Below are positions 53,729 through 61,344 of a stretch of 64,000 bases of DNA, in pieces. The position numbers were made by a program, and so were the translations under genes. Under the pieces are notes generated by a model, which saw only the letters and a program-made list of their open reading frames with translations, made no database searches and was not told where the DNA came from. The stretch is from Bacillota bacterium (lineage in GTDB: Bacteria; Bacillota; Clostridia; Christensenellales; WQRI01). The stretch spans positions 15,266-79,265 of the forward strand of contig WQRI01000001.1 in assembly GCA_009786825.1 (NCBI GenBank), in the 5' to 3' direction. Positions within the stretch are counted from its first letter, which is position 1; each line of letters begins with the position of its first letter.

Positions 53729-53751
53729 TCGACTTCCGCTCATCTCCACCA
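53729..53751 (+). repeat. direct duplication of the tRNA-Ala 3' end
   Basis: TCGACTTCCGCTCATCTCCACCA vs TTCGACTCCGCTCATCTCCACCA at 53554-53576. Confidence 0.8.
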
Positions 53752-53905
53752 CAACGCAAATGTCGTCGTTTTTTGACGGCATTTTTTCTTTGGTTGAAAT
53801 TTGGTTGACAAATCGATTTAAATACTGTAAAATGGTTTTATAAACACTAGAGTTGCAAGCGTTACGTGTGCTAAAGCAACTCTACATAATAGGAGAAACT
53901 ATTTT

Positions 53906-56134
53906 ATGTCTAACAGGGTTAAGTTTATTATTTTTGGTGTTGTGGCTTTTATGGTTTTAGCGCCCGGCATCATCTTTGCTATTGTTACACTTGTTATAAG
54001 CCCGTCTTATGCACGTGTAATTTCACAAAAGTGGGAGGCTACGCTGGATAGCGACGGCAGCCTACTTATTACAGAGCGTCTCGTGTGGGACGTTCACGCG
54101 CGCGCTGACAACCCAAATACTGTTGGCGGGACAAACTTCTTTTACTTATACAGAGAAATGCACGAGGCGGAAGTATGGCTTCCTAACGGCAGTTTTGCAG
54201 TACTATCAGAGTTTGAAGTTTACTCTGTTAGGCGCATTAGCGTAAACGGATACTATGGCGATGCCATTCACGAAAGAGATGGAATGCCTTTCACATTCGA
54301 GTTAGGTAGGGCAGAGCGCCTTTACGGAACGCCGCGCTGGGTAAACTATGGCTATCCGTGGGGGTGGTTTAACTACGGCGGAAATGGTTTTAACACAGAC
54401 TTTGTTGTTAGAACAACCGCAGCGCAAGACTTAAGCACACCCGGGCTTGGACCTAACCGCTGGTATCACGACGGCGGGCGAAACGAGCAAGGTGGCTACG
54501 CGTGGCAATGCTTGTTTATATACGTAGATGGGCTTTATAGAGGCAAGTACGAGTTTGAGATTACTTACAGAATGACAAACGCGGTAACGCTGTGGCAAGA
54601 CTGTGCAGAACTTTACGTATACTTGTGGAGCGGACCAACATCGCGCTTTTTAGAAAGCGTAGATGCGCGCCTGCACATACCAAACGCGCAAATGCCAACA
54701 AACTACAACTTTTTTACAGCCGGCACAACAAACCACAACCCGCCATTTACTAAAACGACAGATGCCAACTACACAACGTTCCGCTTAAACCTTAGCGGGC
54801 GCGATTTGCGCTTCAGGCAATACAACCGCTATATAGGCTTTGCGCTTGTGGGCTATGCAAGCGATACGCAAAACGCCCATTTACTAGCCCCTGACGGCAA
54901 CACAACCATTATAGACCGCTTTGGTCAGCAAGTAGCGGGCGGCAACACGCAACACCTACAGCAAGCAATGCACAGCCACATACTAGATGAGTGGGCGCGC
55001 TATAACCGCTTGCCACGATTATTTTTCTGGATAAAAATTGCCGTGCTTGTTGGCGTGATTATAATTGTTGCGCTTATTTGGTTTATAATCTGGCGCGTGT
55101 TTCAGTCTAAGAAAAAGCGCAATAACATACCAACCCCCGTTATGCCATTTACAAGTTTTAGAGAAATACCAGAAGACCGCGATGTAACGCTTGCAGCCAC
55201 GCTCGCGTTTGCAAGGCGCAGACAAGGCTACGACGCGCGCGGTAAATACGCCGCAATACTTATGGGGCTTGTTAAAAAAGGCTATATACGGATAGAGCGC
55301 ATAACAGAAACGCGCGACTGGGCGCTGAACAACACGCACATCATAATAGAAAACATATTTAACTCGGAAGGGCAAATAGACCCGTCCTTGCCAAAAATGC
55401 ACGCGTCAGAAGAGGGTTACTTCAACTTGATAAGGCGCTACGCACCAAGCGGAACAATTACTATGGAGCAGTTCCAGCGCTCTATTTCAACTGACGCGTC
55501 CCACACAACAAACTTCTATAGGTGGCTAAAACAACTTCCAAAGCGTAAGGGTGTGTCGTTCGGCTTATTTAGGGTAGAAAACTTTAAAAAGTTAAAGTGG
55601 CAGTTTGCGGCGGGCTTTACAGCGTTTTCTATAATCGGTGTAATTGCACTTGCGGCTAACCCGTTTGTTCAGATGAGCAGACTAGACTTTGCTTTTGGTG
55701 CGTTTTTCGTGCTGGGCGCGGGGCTTATTGGCGCAGGCTTTTTTATGAGATTTTTATCTAACCGCTTACTGCTTCTAACACAACAAGGGGCAGAAGAGCA
55801 ATCTAAATGGGAAGGGCTTTACAACTTCTTAAACGATGAGACTATGATGAACGAGCATAGCGTAGAACACGTACACTTGTGGGAAGAGTTTTTAGTTTAC
55901 GCAACAGCATTCAACATAGCCGATAAAGTTATAAAGTCTATACGCCATAAATTCCCGAACGTGCCACAATTCCAAAACAGTAGGATAATGGGGCACCCAT
56001 TCTTAATGACGGGCATATTTATACGCTCTACAAATCGCTCTTTTGCAAGCGCAGGCAGAGCAGGCGGTGGTGGCTTTGGTGGCGGCTTCGGCGGTGCAGG
56101 ACGCGGTGGCGGTGGCGGAGGCGGCGGACATTAA
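53906..56134 (+). CDS. DUF2207-family membrane protein with a Gly-rich C-terminal tail
   Basis: An N-terminal TM helix, a large extracytoplasmic domain and three or more TM helices. The tail GRAGGGGFGGGFGGAGRGGGGGGGGH is typical of DUF2207. Confidence 0.75.
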   Translation: MSNRVKFIIFGVVAFMVLAPGIIFAIVTLVISPSYARVISQKWEATLDSDGSLLITERLVWDVHARADNPNTVGGTNFFYLYREMHEAEVWLPNGSFAVLSEFEVYSVRRISVNGYYGDAIHERDGMPFTFELGRAERLYGTPRWVNYGYPWGWFNYGGNGFNTDFVVRTTAAQDLSTPGLGPNRWYHDGGRNEQGGYAWQCLFIYVDGLYRGKYEFEITYRMTNAVTLWQDCAELYVYLWSGPTSRFLESVDARLHIPNAQMPTNYNFFTAGTTNHNPPFTKTTDANYTTFRLNLSGRDLRFRQYNRYIGFALVGYASDTQNAHLLAPDGNTTIIDRFGQQVAGGNTQHLQQAMHSHILDEWARYNRLPRLFFWIKIAVLVGVIIIVALIWFIIWRVFQSKKKRNNIPTPVMPFTSFREIPEDRDVTLAATLAFARRRQGYDARGKYAAILMGLVKKGYIRIERITETRDWALNNTHIIIENIFNSEGQIDPSLPKMHASEEGYFNLIRRYAPSGTITMEQFQRSISTDASHTTNFYRWLKQLPKRKGVSFGLFRVENFKKLKWQFAAGFTAFSIIGVIALAANPFVQMSRLDFAFGAFFVLGAGLIGAGFFMRFLSNRLLLLTQQGAEEQSKWEGLYNFLNDETMMNEHSVEHVHLWEEFLVYATAFNIADKVIKSIRHKFPNVPQFQNSRIMGHPFLMTGIFIRSTNRSFASAGRAGGGGFGGGFGGAGRGGGGGGGGH

Positions 56135-56165
56135 CGTGTAAAAAATTATGCAAAGTTTTTTGGTT

Positions 56166-56383
56166 GTATTCAGTAGGTTTGATGGATTGAATGCACATAA
56201 TTTTCTCTCGGTTGCCCTTACAAAACTATATGCAACGAATTTCGGCTACGCTTCGCTTCGCAAGGAAATTCTTTTGCATATAGTTTCGTACACAGGAGTT
56301 ACACCCGCTTCGCGATAAAAAAAAATTCGAAAATTATATGTATTCAATCCCTTCAGACACCAAAGGTACATCTACCCGAATAC
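56166..56383. repeat. about 220-bp nested imperfect palindrome
   Basis: GGATTGAATGCACATAATTTTC pairs with GAAAATTATATGTATTCAATCC. AAACTATATGCAACGAATTTC pairs with GAAATTCTTTTGCATATAGTTT. The central loop is GGCTACGCTTCGCTTCGCAAG. Confidence 0.7.
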
Positions 56384-56472
56384 AAACTTAATTAAAAAAA
56401 CTCTTGCATAAAACTTTTTAGCCTGTCAATAAGCCCGCTAGAGTATAAAAATAAAATGGTTTGTTAAAAGAG

Positions 56473-56503
56473 AAAAGTGGCTTGCGTAACGTAGCCACTT
56501 TTT
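56473..56503. terminator. bidirectional hairpin terminator
   Basis: AAAAGTGGCT-loop-AGCCACTTTTTGTTTTTT. Confidence 0.6.
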
Positions 56504-56547
56504 GTTTTTTATTTAATTTATTGTTTTGCTTAACTGGGTGGGGGTTT

Positions 56548-56898
56548 TTAATAGTCGCGTCTGCTTTTGTTCAGTTCTTGTACAAATGCTATAAAGCGTT
56601 CTTTTTCTGCTTGTGTTAAGCGGTCGAACTCTTTAAGCGCTCTTTTTTGTATGTCTGTTAAAACCGTAACATCTTCGTCTTCTTCGAAAAATGTTTGCAT
56701 TGACACGCCAAATGCTTTGCAAAGGTTTTCTAGTGCGTTGATTTTTGGCACTACGTTACGCGCAAACCAATTTAAAACAGTAGCCGGCGCTAAGCCAGAC
56801 TCTACCGCTAGACGATTGTTATTCCAACCCCTATCATCGCGAAGGGTTGCTATTTTTCTGATAACTGGGTTTAATTTAGACTTAGAAATTTCTGCCAT
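56548..56898 (-). CDS. XRE-family HTH transcriptional regulator
   Basis: WNNNRLAVESGLAPATVLNWFARNVVPKINALENLCKAFGVSMQTFF. Start moved to MAEISKS, behind the SD AAGGTGG. Confidence 0.75.
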   Translation of the reverse strand: MAEISKSKLNPVIRKIATLRDDRGWNNNRLAVESGLAPATVLNWFARNVVPKINALENLCKAFGVSMQTFFEEDEDVTVLTDIQKRALKEFDRLTQAEKERFIAFVQELNKSRRDY

Positions 56899-57181
56899 TT
56901 GAACCACCTTATTTTATAGTACTTTTTTAAATTTAAATGCTTTAGTAAATGCTATAGTCAATTTTTTTTGTTAAGTTTGTGTTTGTTTTTGTACATATCT
57001 ATTATAGCACATTTATAAATAAAAGACAAGTATTTTTGTGGTATTTTTAAATTTTTTTTGTGTTGACTTTAATCAATTAAAAAATACAAAACTTTAAATA
57101 AACAAATCAAAATATATTACCTTACAACAAAAAGAAGTAGTTATTAGTTAGTTAATAGATAGTATTAGTAATAGTAGGCAG

Positions 57182-57395
57182 TGTGGATATGTGGATAACT
57201 TTTGCAATATAATATTAGGTTAATAAAATTAATTGTGTATTAAAATAAAAAACAAAAAAATAGCTAGTAAACAAACAATTTTTAATCAAAAAGTAGCATT
57301 TTTGCACAGTTTTTGGTATAATACTTAAAAAACCAAATGTTAATAACTTTGTGGACAAAGTTTTTCTTCCTTGGGGTTACTCGCACTTATCCACA
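57182..57395. promoter_or_regulatory. DnaA-box cluster in an AT-rich intergenic region
   Basis: TGTGGATAT (57182-57190, 8/9), TGTGGATAA (57190-57198, perfect), TGTGGACAA (57350-57358, 8/9) and TTATCCACA (57387-57395, perfect, opposite orientation). Confidence 0.6.
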
Positions 57396-57543
57396 ACACC
57401 AAATTTCAAAAACCACAAATCAAATTTTAAAACAAACAACACCCCACAACTCAAAAAGTTTTGAAAGGGGGTCTGGGGGAAAACTTTTTCAAAAGTTTTC
57501 CCCCAACAAACAAACCTTCCCCCAAAAAACAATTACAAATACT

Positions 57544-58803
57544 ATGAGAATTAAAAATATAATTTGTGTTAAGGGCGTCTCGGGATATTTTTTTGACGAC
57601 CAAAAAGCTGTTAAGACATCTGCTAAGGCAGATGGAGAATTTTATATTGGTGAAGCTGTTACTAAAGGCTTTTCTAAGGTTAGACAACCGGGGGAATGCG
57701 TTAGTGTTATGCTTATAATGGAGAGCGGGGCAGTTGCTATTGGGGACTGCTGTGCGGTACAATATTCGGGCGCAGGCGGCAGGGATGACCTTTTTAGAGC
57801 GGATAAGTATATTGACGAGATAAAAAAGTATGTGACACCAAAACTAGTGGGTGAGAAAGTAGACAGCTTTAAAAGACTAGCAAAATTGCTGGATAACATT
57901 AGAGTAGGTGGTAAAAGATTACACAAGGCAATAACTTATGGGTTTTCGCAAGCACTATTGAAAGCGGTTGCACTTACGCAACATAATCAGATGGCACAAG
58001 TTGTTGCGAATGAATATGATTTGGAGATAGATTTAGATAACCCACCTAAGATATTGGCACAAAGCGGCGATAATAGATATTTAAATACGGATAAGATGCT
58101 TATAAAACGCGTGGATACACTTCCGCACGCACTTTTTAATACGGTAGATAAGATAGGTAAGAAGGGTGAGAAATTGGAAGAGTATGTGGGCTGGCTTAGA
58201 GAAAGAGTTAAAATACTTAATGACAAAAATTATATGCCAACGTTTCATATAGATGTTTACGGCACAGTTGGTCAGATTTTTGATAACGATATTAAAAAGG
58301 TGGCAAAATATTTAGAAAAATTAGCGGACATTGCACAACCGCATAAACTGTATGTAGAAGGACCGATAGATACGGGGGATAGGGAAAGCACACTAGAAAA
58401 ATTGAGTGGACTAGTAAAAATATTAGATAAGAATAAAAAGGTGAAAATTGTTGCGGACGAGTGGTGTAATACGCTAGAGGATATTAAAGAGTTTGCGGAT
58501 AAAAAAGCGGCACATATGATACAGATAAAAACGCCGGATTTGGGAAGCATATCGAATTCGATAAAGGCGGTGTTATACTGTAAAGAAAAGGGTGTGGAAG
58601 CGTATCTGGGTGGCACGTGTAACGAAACAGACCAATCTGCTAGAGTGTGTGTTCATATAGCAATAGCAACAGCACCACACCTAATAATGTCTAAACCGGG
58701 AATGGGCGTAGATGAAGGGCTTATGATTACAAGAAACGAACTTAATAGAACACTAGCGGTTTTGAAAGAAGAGATGCTAGAGTATGATTTTTACTTAGAC
58801 TAA
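57544..58803 (+). CDS. methylaspartate ammonia-lyase (enolase superfamily)
   Basis: MRIKNIICVKGVSGYFFDDQKAVK...GFSKVRQPGECVSVMLIMESGAVAIGDCCAVQYSGAGGRDDLF closely parallels clostridial MAL (..GFYFDDQ..VRQ.GE..SV.L.L..G....GDC.AVQYSGAGGRD.LF). Start moved to the Met at 57544. Confidence 0.85.
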   Translation: MRIKNIICVKGVSGYFFDDQKAVKTSAKADGEFYIGEAVTKGFSKVRQPGECVSVMLIMESGAVAIGDCCAVQYSGAGGRDDLFRADKYIDEIKKYVTPKLVGEKVDSFKRLAKLLDNIRVGGKRLHKAITYGFSQALLKAVALTQHNQMAQVVANEYDLEIDLDNPPKILAQSGDNRYLNTDKMLIKRVDTLPHALFNTVDKIGKKGEKLEEYVGWLRERVKILNDKNYMPTFHIDVYGTVGQIFDNDIKKVAKYLEKLADIAQPHKLYVEGPIDTGDRESTLEKLSGLVKILDKNKKVKIVADEWCNTLEDIKEFADKKAAHMIQIKTPDLGSISNSIKAVLYCKEKGVEAYLGGTCNETDQSARVCVHIAIATAPHLIMSKPGMGVDEGLMITRNELNRTLAVLKEEMLEYDFYLD

Positions 58804-58898
58804 AACGCTTAAACTATATGGAATTGGTCGACAGAAAAAATAAATTCTGCGGGGTGTTTTTTTGGCGGGCTTTATTTAAAAGCCGGTCACGTAAAGAT

Positions 58899-61214
58899 AT
58901 GAAACTGATAAAAATACCTAATGAAAAGTACGATGAGTATAGACTTGATGTGATTTTTAAAGCATACAAGTGGGACCCACAGTATATAGACAGAAATACT
59001 GTGGGTAATTTTGTTTTGGTGCTGAAAGAGAGTGAGGTTAAAGAATTAGAGAGACTAACGCAAGAGTTATATAACGAGACTGTGGCGGCAGAAAATGTGA
59101 TATTAAAAGATGATGGGCTTATAAAAAAACTTAAACTGCCACGAAAAATCAGAAAGCATATAAATAAGTCTAAACAGGCTTACACCAAAGAGAGCCATAT
59201 AAGGCTAATGAGATTTGACTTTCACCCGATAGAGAGTGGTGTAGAAAACGAAAATGTAAAAACTGGCGCAACGGGTGCGGTAGTTAATGGGTCAGAAATT
59301 ACAAACGCAACGGGCAAGACAAACACCCAAACACAATGTCCATCTAAAAGGTGGGCTATAAGTGAAGTTAACTCTGATGTGCCGGGCGGCTTTGCAGAGG
59401 CTAGCATTCTGCCAGATTTAGTTAACGAAGTGCTGGGCGGGGTGTTTGCAAAACCCAAAAATTTTGCAAGGGTGCTTGTGGATAGTTTTTTAGAAAAGAC
59501 TAATAGCGGGGACACAATTGCTATAAACCATTGCACGTGCTTTAGCGACGACAGACAACCTATGCAACTTATAGGCGATATGCTAGAGCAAAGTGATAGG
59601 CACGCGCTGTATTGTGCGGCAGACCATATCGTATTTAAAGAAAGGCAAGCATATAGTATACTAGATGGCAATGAAGGGCGTGTGGACGCGTTTTTTCGGT
59701 TTATACCGCTAGAATGGATGCTTAAACTGCCAAAAATGTGGGCGGGCTATTTTGATACTAGCACGCCAAGTTGTAATCACCCGGTAGCCGTATTTTTTCA
59801 GACAAAGCGTGTAGCACTTATTTTTGACGAACTTATAAGGCGGGGCGTAAACCTAGAGTGGTGGAAAAAACTGCTTCCGCATACAGTTAAAGCGCGCGGT
59901 AGGGTAGACAATAAAAAAGATTACATATATAAAATTGCGTTTGGCAGAACGGGCGAGAATATATCCATTAAAGAGGCGCTAAAACCAAAAGACTATAACC
60001 AGATTGTGAGAGAGGCGCTGTTAAGACCAAAACACTACATAAAGCAAAAGCGGTTTATAAGTAAGCCCGTTAGGTCTGAGTGCGGGGCAGAGTATCACGT
60101 GTGTATCGGCACGTATATTGTAGAGGGCAAACTTGCGGGAATGTATTCTAGAATATCGCCCACCGCGCTTATCGGCAGCAGTAGTATTGAAGTTCCGATT
60201 TTGGTAGAGCGTGAGAGTGAGCAAGGTGGGCAAGGAGAGCAAGGTGGGCAAGGTGGGGGGGAACTTTTACCAGATTGTAAAAGTTTCCCCCCACACCCCC
60301 CTTCAAAAGAATCGGGTAGGGTAGAGTTTGGGGCTACGACAGCAAAGCAAAAAGAGAGTGAGAGCGTAAGCAAAAATAGAGAGAGTAGCGATAAAGAGAT
60401 TTTTAAGTTGTGGACACCCAAGGGTTGCGTATGGAGTCCGTGGGTTTTGCCCGTGCCGTTTGTTAACATAAAGCAAAGCGCAGAATATGCCGTTAGTTTA
60501 GATACAGAGCATTGCACTAAATGGGCTGAGAGAATTGTTGCTAAAAGAAGTGTTGCCCCGATAAAAGTTGTCCCAAAAGGTGTGGCTAAAAAAAATGTTA
60601 CCCCTAGTAATGTGGCTATTATAATAGACGAGTGCGCGCAAGACAGTTTTGGTATGGGTATGGCGCTTTACGCACTATACAAAAATGGTAGTGGGGATAA
60701 TGTAGATATTAATAGTGATATTAAGGGGGGCTTCAGAGCAATTCCGTCGTTTTCTGGCACAAAACAGCCAAAGGGCGCAAAGGCTACAACCAACAACGAG
60801 ATTGTAGAAAGCCTTTTGTTGCAAGCCACAGAGTTATTGAAAAGGGATAACTTAAATAGGGTAGAAGCGCCCGCAGAGAACACAAGCGCTTTGGTTGGGG
60901 AAGCACCCACGCAAACAGAAATACCCACACCAGTTTTTATGCTAGATAGTAACCGCCTAAACAAAAAGCGTAGCATAAAAATATTTGATAACTCTTACGA
61001 TACGCTACCGCAAGATTATCCAAGCGCCGCTTTTTTTAAACAGCAGGGTATAGACACAATAGTTGTTAAAACACGAAAACTTCAAAGGGATATAAAACTT
61101 GTGCTTTATAGGCTTCAAAAAGATGGAATGAAAATTTTACACTTAAAGCCAAACAAAGAAAAACCAAAAAGGGTAAGGCTTATAAAAATATTCAAATGGC
61201 ACATAGCGCTATAG
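58899..61214 (+). CDS. glutathionylspermidine-synthase-like (YgiC/YjfC-type) ATP-grasp ligase fused to an uncharacterised C-terminal domain of about 330 aa
   Basis: VLKESEVKELERLTQELYNETVAAENVILKDDGLIKKLKLPRKI ... IRLMRFDFHP ... WAISEVNSDVPGGFAEAS parallels the GspS/YgiC layout (RxDxxxD...LE.NADTP...EA). The linker is EQGGQGEQGGQGGGELLPDCKSFPPHPP. The start is ambiguous (58818 or 58899). Confidence 0.65.
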   Translation: MKLIKIPNEKYDEYRLDVIFKAYKWDPQYIDRNTVGNFVLVLKESEVKELERLTQELYNETVAAENVILKDDGLIKKLKLPRKIRKHINKSKQAYTKESHIRLMRFDFHPIESGVENENVKTGATGAVVNGSEITNATGKTNTQTQCPSKRWAISEVNSDVPGGFAEASILPDLVNEVLGGVFAKPKNFARVLVDSFLEKTNSGDTIAINHCTCFSDDRQPMQLIGDMLEQSDRHALYCAADHIVFKERQAYSILDGNEGRVDAFFRFIPLEWMLKLPKMWAGYFDTSTPSCNHPVAVFFQTKRVALIFDELIRRGVNLEWWKKLLPHTVKARGRVDNKKDYIYKIAFGRTGENISIKEALKPKDYNQIVREALLRPKHYIKQKRFISKPVRSECGAEYHVCIGTYIVEGKLAGMYSRISPTALIGSSSIEVPILVERESEQGGQGEQGGQGGGELLPDCKSFPPHPPSKESGRVEFGATTAKQKESESVSKNRESSDKEIFKLWTPKGCVWSPWVLPVPFVNIKQSAEYAVSLDTEHCTKWAERIVAKRSVAPIKVVPKGVAKKNVTPSNVAIIIDECAQDSFGMGMALYALYKNGSGDNVDINSDIKGGFRAIPSFSGTKQPKGAKATTNNEIVESLLLQATELLKRDNLNRVEAPAENTSALVGEAPTQTEIPTPVFMLDSNRLNKKRSIKIFDNSYDTLPQDYPSAAFFKQQGIDTIVVKTRKLQRDIKLVLYRLQKDGMKILHLKPNKEKPKRVRLIKIFKWHIAL

Positions 61215-61263
61215 TTTTTTGGGTAAAAAAATTAAGGTGGAAAATAATTAAGTATTCCAAAAC

Positions 61264-61292
61264 TTGACTTACAATTAAAAATATAGTATAAT
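61264..61292 (+). promoter_or_regulatory. consensus sigma-A promoter of the E2-like gene
   Basis: TTGACT-17 nt-TATAAT, then the SD AGGGGGT and the ATG at 61345. Confidence 0.7.
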
Positions 61293-61344
61293 AGGTTCGG
61301 CACGGCAGTAAAAGTAAATATTTATTAGATGGCAGGGGGTGCGT

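Noticed and set aside
53658-53843. A 61-aa ORF between the tRNA-Ala duplication and the DUF2207 gene
   Set aside because: It spans the duplicated tRNA fragment, has no SD and shows no recognisable features.
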